Shown here: one piece after another, positions 56,669 to 71,949 of the stretch
How the letters are laid out: every line of letters starts with the position of its first letter
Numbering within the stretch: the first letter of the stretch is position 1
NCBI GenBank assembly: GCA_951406725.2
Contig: OX597817.1
Span: 87,812,001 to 88,060,000, forward strand
DNA from: Octopus vulgaris
Lineage: Eukaryota
Direction of reading: 5' to 3'
DNA length: 248,000 nt
Program-made: the position numbers and the translations under genes
The notes under the pieces: generated by a model
Seen by the model: only the letters and a program-made list of their open reading frames with translations
What the model was told of the DNA's origin: nothing
Database searches by the model: none

Positions 56669-58291
56669 GTAAGTACTTAATGCTCTAACATTATTCCATT
56701 TATCACCAAAGTGAGAATTTAATGCCATTTGTGTTTAGATTTAGGAAAACCTTTGTCTTTTAAATCGTACTTGGATCCCACTACATTTAATTTCAAGGCA
56801 TGTTGTATGTTGTTGCCCAGTATGTCTAGTTTCACTGAAACACATATGGATTAGTAAGCAATGTCTAAGAACAAAATACACTTTTCTAGAAGCAATTACA
56901 TGCTTATTTTTAATTTTCCATAACATTTCATTTTAATCAAGGTTAGTGACTTCTGTTTCCTTTATAAGTATTGTCTTGAACATAGTGAGTATTTGCCTAG
57001 ATTTAAAGAATTCCCACAACTAGTTTCAATCATACATACTCTCTGCTAAGATTCTATAATCATTTCTGTTGAAGAGTCATAACTTATATAAAGAACCTGA
57101 TGAGGGTTTCTTGTAAAATTGACCTTGGTTTCTGTGTGTTGAGACAGTGTTCCTATGTATGATTATAATAGCACTGTCAACATTATAAGATCACCTGTGA
57201 CATCATTATTCCTTTAGCATTCTGTCAAATGTAGTAGTTATTATGCAGACTGTTTCCAATTATGTGTCATCTTGTAGCTTTGAAATTTCAATGATGTGAT
57301 TGCATATTTTTAGAATGACATTGTAGGGTAGATGTGAGAGGCCAGATCTGGCTGGTTTGAACATTAAAGAAAGTGACCATTTTGGCCAGATATGGTCTGG
57401 TTTAAATGCTAAAGAGTTAATTTGGTTTATATCCCAAGAAATATGTCTTTCTCATCATTTTCCAGAAGATAACACCTATACAGGGATGGTGTTCACATTT
57501 TGACCTGAATGATGACATCTAACATGACATTTCTATTTTCGTCGGTTAGATATTGACTGTTGTATGTCATCACACTTGACACTGATAGTTCTTCAAATCT
57601 GTGAAGAAATATCTCACAGCAGACACATTTGAAAATCATAATTTAATTTTCACTCTACTTGCAATTGTGTTAACTGCACTTGCAGTACATCGCAGCTGTT
57701 AGCTGCACTTGCAATAGGATGCAGCTGTTACTTTAACTTGCAATAAGACGCAGCTGTTAGTTGAACTTGCAGTAGGATGTGGCTGTTAGGTGAATATACA
57801 GTAGATTACAGTTGTTAGTAGAACTTGCAATAGATTGTCAGTATTGATAAACATGGGAACAACCTTATAATTGTTAGAGAATATCTCAAAGAGCAGAAAA
57901 AAACTCCTGCATCTAAATATACAAGTTCAAGACAATGGGAGAGTCTGTACGTAGTTGTGTAACCAGCTAGAAATAGCAGCCAAATCTCTCCCAAATAACA
58001 CTCTACTGTTTTAGTAAAAGGAAGAAAAAATTGAGTGCTGTTACAAGTTACACTGTATCTGGAAATAAGACATGATGGTCAAGGCTAGAGTGCCTTTGAT
58101 CATAGATGTGGTCAGTCACTGCTGACTTGGAGTTAAATAAGAATAACAGCAATGACAATCATAAAGCAAACTGAAATAGCTCTAAATACTTGTTCATTAA
58201 TTTGTTTATAAGTTGAAACATTATAAACAAAAAAGTAATGTAATTTGTGTTTTATGTCACATGAAGTCATCAGTTCTGTTTTGTATTGTAG

Positions 58292-58434
58292 AGTTAGTTG
58301 ATCCAGCCCAGCTTGCCACAAACATCTTCAGGAACCTTGCCAGCAAAGAGGATGCCTGTGCTGCATGTCTCTGTAAAAATGCCGTTACAGAAAGACTTAT
58401 CTCACCAATATCCCAGTGGCTCATTTACTACAAG
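58292..58434 (+). CDS. TBC1D32: TBC1D32 exon
   Basis: ttgtag/gtatta; LVDPAQLATNIFRNLASKEDACAACLCKNAVTERLISPISQWLIYYK; phase 1-0. Confidence 0.85.
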
Positions 58435-61085
58435 GTATTACACAGATTAGTCAAGATGAATTGATTAAAGCTTAAAGTAAAACTAATAGGATTATTTTAC
58501 CCAAGAAACAGCTCTAGTCTTCATGGAATTAGTCTTTTTGGAATCATTTATTACTGCAAAAACTTTATGAAATACTTATTTGAGTGGATTTGTTAGTAAA
58601 TCTTACATCAATGTAATCTTTCTTCCATTTGACTTGTATGCTTGTACTGTACAGTCATTTGAATTGTTTAAATGTATGGATACATTTAGGATTTACCTAT
58701 GGAGAAAATATATTTAATCCTTGTTTGAGCAGATTAAAGAGAGATCCTTAGTCAAATTTGTTTTGTTTGACTTTTACCTTAAATAATTCAGTTTGGTAAT
58801 ATGGCGAGTGTACAACCACTGACAGGTCTCATGTTAACTGCCAAATGCAGTTTAGATGTCCTAAGATAAGACTAGTTGTAATTTTTAAGTTTATTCTGTT
58901 ATTAGTATATTTTGTAATGGAAAAGGGGGCAAAGTGGCAGAATCATTAGCATGATGGGGAAAATGCTTATTGGCATTTCATTCATTGCTACGTTCTGAGT
59001 TCAAATTCTCTACAGTTGACTTTGCCTTTCACCCTTTCAGGGCCAATAATATAAGTACCAGTTAAGCACTGGGTTCAATGTAATTGTCTTGCCTCCTCTC
59101 TTCCAAAATTGCTGGCCTTATGCCAAAATTTGAAGCCAATATTGTAGTTTTGATTAAGGTGGTGAGCTGGCAGAATGATTAGCACACCAGGCAAAATGCT
59201 TAATGGTATTTTGTCCCTCTTTATGTACTGAGTTCAAATTCCACCAAGGTTGACTTTGCCTTTCATCCTTTCAGGGCTGATAAAATAAGTACTAGCTGAT
59301 CACTGGGGTGATCAACTTACATCCTCCCTCAAAACTGTTGGCCTTGTGCCAAAATTTGAAGCCGATATATTTTGTAATAGTTCAGGATTATGGATTAGGT
59401 TGACTTTATTATCTCTCACAGACATCTAAGGAACATTAATAGAAAATTTAGAGATATAGATAATATTCAATTAAAATTAAATGATAATTTAATTTTTAAA
59501 TTGTTAATTATATTTATGTAGTTGGAAATTGTGTTTAGAGATAGTGTGGTGCAAATCTCAATCCAAGCTACTACACTGTAATAAATGAAGTCAATTCTAC
59601 TGATAAGAACAAGATGTGTGAAAGAAACCATAACATTTGATGTATTTAGAAGCTACATTTGCAATACTGTCCAAAACTCATTGTATATACATAAATTGTG
59701 CATAAATACCAACATAACTACAACTAGAAATTTATTTCAGAATACAATAAACCAGGTAGATAACATTGCTTAAGACGATTTTTGTCCTTGGTAAGCAACT
59801 GTTATTTCCTATTTGCTTTCCTCTAGATAGTATGAAAAATGGCTAATATTTCCTTCAAACTTTGCTTTTGTTACATTTATTCAAACCCCAAAGAATCCTC
59901 CTCAACATATGGTTATGATGCTCTCCCACTAATCCTACTCATTTCATGATCAGCGATGTACATACTGTCAGCCACTATGGGACATGCTCAAGTGGTTAAG
60001 ATCAAGCAAATCTGTGGTATTGCACACAATATTTTTTATAATGATATTTCTGCTTCAGCAACTCAGTACTGAATCTGTCTGAAATGTAATGGAAAATAGG
60101 TCAATTTCAAAACATTGATGTCCAGGTCACAAATGCAAAGTTTGAAGGGAATAGTTATTTCCCTTGATTTCTAGATAAAAGCAAATGGGAAACGACACTG
60201 ATCAAAAACAAAAAAAAATTAATTTTTTACACAGTGTAATAGAACGGTGTGAGACCAACTAAGAGACAGGGACTTCTAGAGTTACTTACTGTATTAAAGT
60301 ACTGTAAATGAGCATAAGTTTTGTGTTTTTTTAATATTTTACTTGTTTTGGGTAATGGTTGATCAAATTCAGACACAAATCTAACTACTTCCATTATAGC
60401 AGCCACTCAAACATAAAACAATTGATATGTTGTTTGACTGAAGAGTTGAAACCCAAATGAATCCTAATCAAGCAGATCAAAAGTATTCCAGTCATGACTA
60501 ACACTGCTTTGTTACCAAGCATTAGACCACATTATCATACATGACCATCTTCTTTTCTTCTTTTTAAGGTGTACTTTAATGAAGATTTGCTTGCTCTTTC
60601 TAGCAAGTCAGGCAACCACATAGAAGACCTTTCAGGCCTATCAACCAAACAGTAGATTCAGCATGTTAAACCAACAAAGGAACATCTATATAATTGTTTG
60701 ACTTATTCAATATACTAAATAAACCTCTTTACAATCTTGATGGCTACAACACTGATTTAATCTCATTGTGAACTTGCATCAAACTGAGACACCCAATATC
60801 TTACATCTCCATATCTAAGCAACTGATTACTTTCTTCATGTCATTGTTATATTCAAATACATTGACTGTAGCTCTGCAACACCATCTCCAGAAATTAGAG
60901 AGATATATCTTGCCAATATATATGGCAAAGTTTCAATTTATAGCTCTTTGGGCCAGTTCAAAAACCATACATCCACCACTGCTCTTAATTATAGAAAAGA
61001 AACCATATGAAAACAGAGGATAATGATAAATGAATGAAGATGGATGCATTCTTTGCAGTTCTATATATTTTTCTATCTTCTACAG

Positions 61086-61222
61086 GCCAATAATCAACCT
61101 CAAGATATTAATGAAGTTACAGTGGTACAAACAGCAAATATACTCTGCGAAATGACTTTGACTTCCTGTGGAAGGAAACATCTTTTATATGGAGAAGATC
61201 AAGATCTGACAATAAAGTCAAG
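61086..61222 (+). CDS. TBC1D32: TBC1D32 exon
   Basis: ctacag/gtgaat; ANNQPQDINEVTVVQTANILCEMTLTSCGRKHLLYGEDQDLTIKS; phase 0-2. Confidence 0.85.
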
Positions 61223-62049
61223 GTGAATTAATTTTTTCTATGTAAATGCCATGTTTTGTCATAGCACTGCCATCATTTTCACTATTATAAAAGCTATAAT
61301 ATATTATATTTATGCAATAGAATATTTCATACAAACTATTGGGCAAGAGTAATATGTGAAGGTGTGTGGCATAGTAGTTAGACTTGTGATCACAAGATTG
61401 CGGTTTCAATTCTCAGGCTTGGTAGTGCATTGTGTCTTTGAGCAAAACACTTCATTTCATGTTTTTCCAGTCCACTCAGCTGTAAATGAGTAACCTTGCA
61501 GCTGTTAATGATCTCAGTCACTTGTACCCTCATAGAAACTGGGTAACCAGCACTGTGAGTCCTGGGGGTTCATATCAGTAAAAAAAAAAAATTGATTACA
61601 GGAAATTTCACTGCCATTAATTCACCTGAAGAAAGTTCACCACAAGGAAAGTTTACTGAGAAAATATATCCATAGTATCTTACCTTTAATAGTTAAAAAC
61701 TATTTTATTTTTATAAAAATGGTGATTTGATGATGGTGAATTTACCTGACATGAAAAATTTAGGGATATAGTTGTTTCTTTTTATTGTTTCTTTACTTGT
61801 ACAACTGATCATGTGAAGGTATGTGACATAGTGGTCAGGACTGAAGCACCCAGCACATTCTGAAAAATGGTTGATATTAGGAAGGGCAACCAGCTGTAGA
61901 AACTAAGCCAAATCAGACTGGAATTTGGTGCAACTCACCTGCTTGCCAGCTCTGGTCAAATCATCCAACCCATGGTCTGGCATGGAAAATGGATGTTGAA
62001 TAAGTTCAATTCCTTTACTGGGTAATACTCAACTGAAAATAAGTACTGG

Positions 62050-63560
62050 TCAAACTACTGCTGTGCTCAGTCTGTCATGGGTGTCTGCTCTTGTCTCTTC
62101 AGTACTGGCTGTAAAGCCACTACTGTGAAAATTGGAGGCATTGGGAGGCAGCCCATGTGAACTAAGATGTTGAAGAATCATGTCAGCATATGCAGATGAC
62201 ATCACTGTCATATTGTTGAACACCAGACACATAGATCTGGTCAGCAATGCTCTAGAAGGATATGAGGTTGTGACAGGAGCAAAAATTAACCATGAAAAGT
62301 TAGTGTGCCTACAGCTCGGTCATCTGAAACCATCATAGGTTGCTGGATGAAGGGACCCATTAAATTGCACAGGGTCTGGTTTGGTTCAGATCTCCAGGTG
62401 GAGAAGAACTGGGATGAGGTGACAAGCAGGGTGGCCAATCTCATGCATAAATGAGCCAAGAGAAAGCTGTCCTGAAACGTTGGGCAGAGGGGCAAATGCT
62501 TACATCATTGCCATTATATATTATTGTCTGACTGTTATGCTTTGCCCCAGTCTACATCTGACCAAACTGGAGTGCTAACCCTTCTACTTTCTGTAGAATG
62601 GACGTGTTCCACTGGTTAGGCACTCCATTTGCTGTCAACACTCACTGAATGGAAAGCTAGGTTTTCCATGGCTGCTAAGTGCAGACATGTGCTGAGGTTA
62701 CGACATCTCCAGTACTTCCATGTTAGTAAGAAGGTATGGTCACCATTTGTCGGACAGGGTTTTACACAGCTCATTTCTTTGACTGAACTGTAGCCCTGGA
62801 TCAAGCATAGACCAAGGCAGAGTGCCTGGCACCTAGAGTGTCATCAGGCACTCACAGTCCTCTATCAATCGGGCAATGTGGTCAATGGAATTTCAACAAT
62901 GGTATTCTGTAGAGGGTTAGTGGTGGGCAAGTGCAAGTGCAACAAAGTTCTCAGGGAGACTCTAGACATCAACAGGAATCACCTAGGTGGACTGTTCTGG
63001 AGGACTTTCAGGCTGAGATCTATGGATAATTTCCAGAAATTTATAGCCTGACAGTAGTACTGGGGGACATTGCTAGTGTAGGCATGGAAGTGCCATCAAT
63101 CAAGCTTGCCTAAGGTGCATACAGAGTGATGAAACTGATCTGTGTGCTCTTGTCCAGTGCCTGGGCATTGCTGACTTGTGGGTTTATGTCAAACACCTGC
63201 CTTTATGTGCAGAGCAGATCCAGTTATTGGCTGAGTTCATTGTGAAGATTGTCTTGCTACTTCCTTTGGCCAGGATAGACTGGCAGCATTTCTTTGCCTG
63301 ATGGTCTGAGCAAAAGAGGTTGTGTGGTGGACAGATTGAAAGAGCTGAAGAAAAATACTTTCTTCTTTGGCCAAGCCCCCATCAACTGCTTTCAGTTTCA
63401 TTTGAAAAGGAAAGTAAGGGCAGAGAGGAAAGTACTGCTTCCCAGCAATTTTGTTTAAAGGTGGGTGAACATTGCAAGAATGGTCTGAGTGAATGGGCCT
63501 ACCCTATGCATGCACTTGTAGGTTGAAGGAGAACAATGTGGTGAGGGCACTTGCCCAAGT
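62050..63560 (+). mobile_element. Degenerate Tx1/L1-clade LINE fragment
   Basis: Homologous at nucleotide level to 149300-150650 (gcatatgcagatgacatcact, gagaagaactgggatgaggtg). Confidence 0.75.
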
Positions 63561-66500
63561 GGTCAGGGTAACCATGGTTTTGTGAGTGGATTTTGTAGAT
63601 GGAAACTGAAAGAAGCCCATCATTATACATATATGTATATAGGTTAAATAAAATGAAACAACAAAGCCAAAGCAGTGTGAAATTTCTAGGACATTTTATA
63701 TGTATGTATTTGTGTCTGTGTTTGTCCTCCCACCATCGCTTGACAACTGATGTTGGTGTTTATGTCCCCATAACTTAGCAGTTCGGTAAAAGCGTCCAAT
63801 AGAATAAATACTAGGATTACAAAGAATAAGTCCTGGGGCCAGTTTGTCCAACTAAAGGCAATGCTCCAGCACTGTGCCTATAATAATAGGCACAGATGTG
63901 GCTGTGTGGTAAGAAGCTTGCTTCCCAACTACATTGTTCCAGGTTCAGTCTCCCTGCGTGACACCTTGGGCAAGTGTCTTCTACTATAGATTTGGGCTGA
64001 CCAAAGCCTTGTGAGTGGATCTGCTTGACAGAAACTGAAAGAAGCCCATGTGTATGTCTTTTTGTTTGTGTTTGTTCCCTACTACTGTTTGACAACCAGT
64101 GTTGGTGTGTTTACGTTCCCGTAACTTAGCAGTTCAGCAAAGAGGATTAATAGAATAAGTACTGGGGTTGATTCATTTGACTAAAAATTCTTTGAAGTGG
64201 TGCCCCAGCATGACCACAGCCTAATGACTGAAACAAGTAAAAGAAGCTTGCTTCCCAACCACATGGTCCCAGCTTCATTTCCACCGTGTGGAACCTTGGA
64301 CAAGAGTCTTCTACTATAGCTTCAGGCCGACCAAAGCCTTGTCTGTGGATTTGGTAGACAGAAAGTGAAAGAAGCCCATCATATATATATATATTTATGT
64401 GTGTGTGTCTGTCTGTCCACCTACCATTGCTTGACAACTGATGTTGGTGTGTTTACATCCCCATAACTTAATGGTTCGGCAAAAGGGACTGATAGAATAA
64501 GTACTAGGCTTGTAAAGATCAAGTCCTGGGGTTGATTTCTTCAACTAAAAATCCCTTTAAGGCAGTGTTCCAGCATGGCTGCAGTCAAATGAATGAAACA
64601 AGTAAAAGAATAAGCTCCTAATAATATTACAAAAATATAATAGGATTTTTTAAATATTGAACAATTTTGAGGGCCCACCCAAGTAAAATTGGAATCAAAA
64701 GGGGTCTATACTTAAAAAATGGTCGAGAACTGGTGGTTTAGTTGAAGTAGCTTGATCAGAGTAACGGAGACCAAGGTAGTTATAGCAGAGACAGAATAGA
64801 AAACAGTGCTTCAGTAGGCAGCAGACAGTTGGTCTGTCTTTAATGTAATGTTCATGTTTACGTCATTACTCACTGTCACATGTTTCAATAATAGTATACC
64901 TGTTTTGTAAACCATCAACAATAATTTAGATTTCTTGTATTCTCTAATTCTAAACAGGAAACTCAAACTTTGTTATGTAGTTTTGACTATTTTATATGTG
65001 CTCCCCATAAATGATCATAGCATTTATAGAGAATATGATATCTTAAGTAGTTGTAGTAATCTTAGTCATGGCCAATGCTGGTGTCAAATAACTGGTACCC
65101 AAGTCAGTAGCCTGTAAAAAACACCTTTCGAGTGTTGAGCTTCATGGAGGCAATGACAAATGACTGAGACTTTTGGCATTATTCTGTGCTTGTGAAGAAG
65201 ACCCATCAAGCCAAGTGAAATTGTAGTCGTAGCAAATACTGGTGTCATGTAAATAGCACCTATGCTGGTGGCACATAAAAGCACCCATTGCACGCTCAAA
65301 GTGGTTGGCATTAAGAAGGGTATCCAGCCATGGAAGCCATGCCAAATCAGACTAGAGTCTGGTTGAGCCTTCCAGCTTGTTAACCCTGGTCAAACCATCC
65401 AACCCATGGACAATGGACATTAAATGATGATAATGATATTTATACATAACAGCCTGCTTCATTCAGTTTCTCCCTACCAAATCCACTCACAAGGCTTTGG
65501 CTGGCCTGAGGCTATAGTAGAACACACTTGCCCAAAGTGCCACACAGTGGGACTGAACCCAGAACCATGTGGTTGGGAAGCAAGCTTCTTACCACACAGC
65601 CACACCTGCACCTATGCTTTTGTTGTCATTTCCCCACAATAATATATCAAGTCAATAATAGAGAGAAGGAAAAGTGTGGGAAACATAAACCGTGTGCTGC
65701 ACCAGAATGTAATAGAATAAACCCTGAGAAAACCCTGACATCAAATACTGTGACAGATTGACCTGGCAGTGCTCGAGGATGACCGAATGTTGTTGATTTA
65801 AGTCCTTTCAAAAGTTAAGAAGAGAAGAGCAATTATTAATTTCCTGTATTTATTGTATTCAATAACATTGGTATACAGTCAACATTTTATTAAAATCTCA
65901 AAATATCATATTAATTATCTCAATTCAAATTGACCTTTAGTCTGTCTTCATGAACCAAAATAAATAATAAATGACTTTGATTGGAATAATTAAAACTTTG
66001 TACTACAATATATTTTCAAAACACATGAATATTGATTTCTCTCATAGAAATAAAGTGATAGATTTGGGGAAGACTGTACATAACTGATCAACCCCAGTAC
66101 TTTTTTTTAAAAGCCTGGTACTTATTCTATCAGTCTGTTTTGCTGAACTGGTAGGGTTACAGAGCCATAAACATACCAACATTGGTTGTCAAGTAGTCGT
66201 GGGGGACAAACACAAAGAGACACACACACATTTATATATATATACACACATACACATTAATATGTGCAAGTATGGCCCCACCACTACTTGATAACCAGTG
66301 TTGGTATGTTTACAGCCCTGTAAATAGAAACATATATATTTTTATATATGATGGACTTCTTTCAGTCTACATCTGCCAAATCCATTCAGCAGGCTTTGCT
66401 CAGCCCAAGGCTATAGTAGAAGATATTTGTCCAAGGTGCCATACTGTGGGACTGAACCTGGAATCATATGGTTTCAAATCAATCTTCTTTCCATACAGTC

Positions 66501-68372
66501 ATGCCTGGTCTTTATTGTATTGCTCCTAGAAGGACAAAAATCAAAGTTTACCTAGGTAAATGTGAACTCTGGATATAAAGAGATGTAGTTAAATAACACA
66601 GTTATTTTATTCACAATGCCACTGAATTTGTCAACCACTACACTTCCATAGACATAAATATTAAAAAAGATATTATTTGCTTGAAGGAAAATTCTTATGA
66701 AACACAACAATATATTCTTTTTAAATATCTCTAATTAGAGTTAAGAATGATAAATCCATTCTTCAAAAAAATGTTGAAAAAATCAAAAGTAACACTAGTA
66801 ATGCAATGTTTTCAATGATTCCAGCCACATAAAGAATTATATGCAAGGCTGAGACATAAGTGTATTTAAATTACTCTACACACTGCATGAAGGCACATCG
66901 CTCAGTGGTTAGAGCATTGGGCTTACAATAACAAGGTAGTGAGTTTGATTCCCGGACTGGGTTGTGTGTTGTGTTCTTGAGCAAGAGACTTTATTTCACA
67001 TTGCTCCAGTTCACTCAGCTGTAGAAATGAGTTGCGACATCACTGGTGCCAAGTTGTATCAGCCTTTGCCATCCCCTTGGATAACATCAGTGGCATAGAG
67101 AAGGAAAGCTGATATTCATGGGTGATTGCTAGTCTTCCATAAACATCTGGCTCAGACTTGAGCCTCAGAGGGGAACATTCTAGGTGCAATTCTATGTTCA
67201 TTCATGACCGAAGGGAATCTTTTACTTTTACACACTGCCATATGAATTATGGCCAGATATTCTGTAAAAATTTATACCTAGCAAGAAGCACCAATTAATA
67301 ATACTAATGTGTGTTCAGGTGCACAAGAAACAGTTTCTTTTTATAGGAATAGCTGTGCATTCAGTGCAAAGAAACTTACAGTTTAGTGACTTATTTCATT
67401 ATATATTTAGTGGCAGAGGAAACACATCTTCATTGGCATATACACTACTTAGCTCTTATTAACCTTTGACCTTGTGCTGTTTCATTGATAGACGAATGAT
67501 TATGGGAATGAGAAAAATCAATTTAAATTCTAATCTGCAAAGACCAAGTTCACTTCACTAGGGAGTAGTCTTAATATCTTAAACATTACACTTTCTTCAA
67601 TTTTCATAACTTTCACCCCTTTGCATTCAAACCATGCCTAGCCCAGCCCAAATATTCTACCAGTTTTATGTTCAAATTGGCCAAATCTAGCTTTTCACAC
67701 CTACCCTACAATGTCGTGCTAAAAATGAATAGGGATATTATTTAAATTTCAAAGCTACAGAACAATGCACGATTAATTCAAAATGTAAATAAATATGCAT
67801 TACATACATTCCACAAAAGAAAGAAATGTCACAAAAGAACGAAATATCACAATTCTTCCTTATTTACAGTTATTTGACTTCCAATCTGTCACAGGCTTCG
67901 TCTTTTCAATGTCTGCTGTTCTACTGCTACTTTAATAGTTACTGTTTCCTCAAACTCATCTGCTTCCCACCACTTACACTCAAAGCTACTTCTGCTTCTC
68001 ACTCTTCACATCCTGCATCTTTTCCCTATTAAATATTTTGTACAATATTTTTCTTAGCATGTCCAGCTATTTTACCAGCAACTAGTAATTTTCATAATTA
68101 CATGAATCGCATCTCTTTATAATTCATTTTGTCTAACCTTTGTTTCAACTCTAGGTTTTCTTCTCACCTCCAATTTAACTGTTCATCTGATAATCACCTT
68201 CCACTTATGCAGTTATCGACTCTACATCTCTAACTCTGTGGCTTCATGCAATGCTAACCTCTCCCAGAACAAGAGCTGTTCTTGAATATCTCATTGTTAT
68301 TTGGCAGGGAGCATTGATGATTGATGACTGTGAGAGAAATAATCTCATCATTCATACCTCTCTCTCTCTCTC

Positions 68373-68424
<52 letters not shown>

Positions 68425-69042
68425 CATACATATACACATAAACACACACATACAAACATACATACGTACGTACATACATACATACATACATACAGACAGA
68501 CAGACAGACAGACAGATGTTAACATAAAGCTGAAAATCACTAAAAAGGAGAATAAATACGCTGAACTGTTGAGAAATATGCAGTTACTCTATCCAGATTA
68601 CAAGTTCAGGTTTATACATGTAATTATGGGGTACTGGGATATGTAACACACTGTTTAAATATCAATCTTGAGAAATTAGGCTTCTCGAAACGAGAAAGGA
68701 GAAAGTTGATTTGACATCTACTGATCCAGTCCATCACTGGAACTGTAAAATTCTGTCAAACTTTCCAGAAGTCTATCATTTAAGTATATATGAGCATGCC
68801 TAGATATGCAAGTATATGCATGAGAAGACTTACATAAAACAAAATGTACGAATCTGCATGTATACATACATACAAAAATCAAAAATCCCCTGTTGTTGAT
68901 GTTGAAATTCCATTGAAGGTGCCTTGGATCTAGGTTAGAAACTGGCTCTTTCTCTATTGACAAGAAATCTTGAAATAAAACTGAATAATGACACACATAC
69001 ATACATATTCATATACATATATATATGTGTGTGTGTGTGTGT

Positions 69043-69312
69043 GGAGGCGCAATGGCCCAGTGGGTAGGGCAGCGAACTCGTGGTCGTAGGATCGCAGTTT
69101 TGATTCCCAGACCGGGCGTTGTGAGTGTTTATTGAGCAAAAACACCTAAAGCTCCATGAGGCTGTACTCTTTCACCACAACTTTCTCTCACTCTTTCTTC
69201 TGTGAGCCTGCTCGCTTAGCCAGTGAGGTGGTGTCATTTGAAGGCTAAAACAATGTGAAGCGCATTATGAACAGCGATGTGTAACAATATCTGGTCGGTC
69301 ACGGTGATCACG

Positions 69313-69320
<8 letters not shown>
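69043..69320 (+). mobile_element. tRNA-derived SINE (family with ggaggcgcaatggcccagtgg head)
   Basis: A/B-box head followed by gtgagtgtttattgagcaaaaacacc body. Confidence 0.75.
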
Positions 69321-69355
<35 letters not shown>

Positions 69356-71194
69356 GTATATAGGGGAAGAATTCACAAAAAAAAAATACAAAGACAAGTG
69401 GTGTAGACAACAAACAGATGTATTAGTTTAATGCTCGGGAAGTGAGAAAGTCTTTAACATTTCGAGCCTATGCCCTTCCACAGAACGGAACACAGAAAGA
69501 AACAGGGAGGGCAAATAAAGAATGTATAGTGGTTAGCAATCTATCATACATACATATACACACATACATGTAAAGATATATACATTCATACACACACACA
69601 CAAACACATACACACACACGCACATATATATATATATATTGGTTATAAGAGGTAATGGTGTCATTGAGACCCAAAGGAATCTTACATATATACCAATCTG
69701 CCTAAAAAAATGGATCTACAACTTCAATATCCCTACATATCTTACATCTATTTTCTTTCCTCCACCTCACTCTCTATTTTGTATCCTATCTAAACTAACT
69801 ATTACTTAAGGGATATAATTAATAAATATCCTGGAAACAGCTGTAAGACCTTCTATCTATAAATGTTCTAATATCTACACAGCCTTGGTTTTTTTATCTC
69901 ATTATGCAAAAAATTCTTATATATATATATATATATTATATTTATATTCCTGCTAGAAATACAGTTATTTCTCACTCAATCATCTCCTGTATGTTTTACA
70001 TTTCCTCTTTAGCATTCATATTAAATAGATAACTCCACATTATCCAATAGACAATGACTGTCATTATATTTTGTAGCTTATTAAAAAGTGAAATACCTTT
70101 AGCACTCGTTGAGGTAATCATGACTTTCAACATAAATTCATAAATTCTTTAATTGTAACAATAATTAAATGGCTACTAATCAGGCAACCAGCAAGACAAA
70201 TGTCTAATATGAAAAGGAAATGTGTGTATCACTGTTTGATTAGCAGATGTATCAATATTGATTAAAATAGAAATAATATCATTTACTATAATTACAGTCT
70301 TGTAAGTGCATAATTGCATTGATTAATTACCACTCTCATTGCTTCATTGTTAGAAAAATAAGGAACCATGAAATTTTGCAGCTTCTCCAATCTTCAATTC
70401 CTGCTCTTCTTCTATAATTGTACTTTTGTAGAAAATATTTTACACAAACAATGCTTATGTACATGTATCTTTAGAATTTCATTAGCTGCTGTATTCTTTC
70501 AATCCTTATTTATTTTTTTGTTTTTAGGAAAACCTACCTAAGCAAACCAAAATAAATTACATTTTTTCATTCATTCTTTTCTCTAACAAAATTAACCATT
70601 GTGATATTTAATATCATTACAAAATCAGTTTTAAATTCTTTTTTTTTTTCTTTTCTTCTTTGTTGCTTATTCATTAAATTTTCAAAATAGTGTTTGTTGT
70701 CTTTCTCCCCTTCTGCATGATTTTCTGGTTGGTGTTTAGAAAGAAGAAACAAATGCATAATTTTCCACAAAAAGTTATCATTAAAAGAATTTCTGAATTC
70801 TGTCTATCGTTACCAAGGTTTTGTTATTTTCTTCATAAATTTCTTTATTTCTTATAGGAATTCTTTCATTTTCAAATTTGTTTCTTGAGAATTTTTTCCC
70901 CTTCTGTTTCTTATCTTAACTATTTACCTTTTCCTTTGAAAGAACTTGCAAACCATTTATTTTGCTATCATTTCGGTCTGTATTATATAATTTGAGTCAG
71001 TAATGATTCCTTACAAATGATAAATGGTTTAAGTAAATAAAAGGAACTGTATGCTTCTGTGAGGGTTTCAAGTTGGCTTTCAGTTACTTGAGCATTTCAA
71101 ATGATTTAATTGGTGGGAATGAAATAGATACTTTTAGAAAAGATATGCTATCTATGCATAAACACATATATGTGCATACACACATGCTCACACA

Positions 71195-71237
<43 letters not shown>

Positions 71238-71373
71238 TAGATAGATAGATATAATATACACACATACATATACACATATATAATTATATGTATGAGTGTT
71301 TCTTTTCACATACTGTACATATAAATGTATGCATATAAATGTATGCATGCATTTACTGCGTGTGTGTGTATAC

Positions 71374-71414
<41 letters not shown>

Positions 71415-71479
71415 TCTAAATATACATATTACATGTGTGTGTGTGTATATATATATATAATTATATGTATGAGTATTTC

Positions 71480-71690
71480 AGTTTTATATTTAAGAGATGA
71501 GGAATTATGTACATTATTTACGTTATTTACATTTGACAGATATTTGCGCTCATCTTGTTTGTTGTTAACACAACATTTTGGCTGATATACCCTCCAGCCT
71601 TCAACAGGCATCTTGGGCATGTGGTGTAGTGGTTAAGAGCGTGGGCTACTAACCCCAAGATTCCAAGTTTGATTCCAAGGAGTGACCTGA

Positions 71691-71749
<59 letters not shown>

Positions 71750-71895
71750 GAAATGACAGAAAAATTTAAGGTGGAGTACATTTTGGCTGATATACCCTCC
71801 AGCCTTCATCAGGCGTCTTGGGCATATGGTGTAGTGGTTAAGAGCGTGGGCTACTAATCCCAAGATTCCAAGTTTGATTCCAAGGAGTGACCTGA

Positions 71896-71935
<40 letters not shown>
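71480..71935 (+). mobile_element. tRNA-headed SINE-like unit x2 with inverted PLE-type tail
   Basis: Head ggcatgtggtgtagtgg..agtttgattcca at ~71617 and ~71821, each preceded by a reverse-complement HHR-like segment and followed by (TAA)n. Confidence 0.65.
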
Positions 71936-71936
<1 letters not shown>

Positions 71937-71949
71937 GAAATGACAGAAA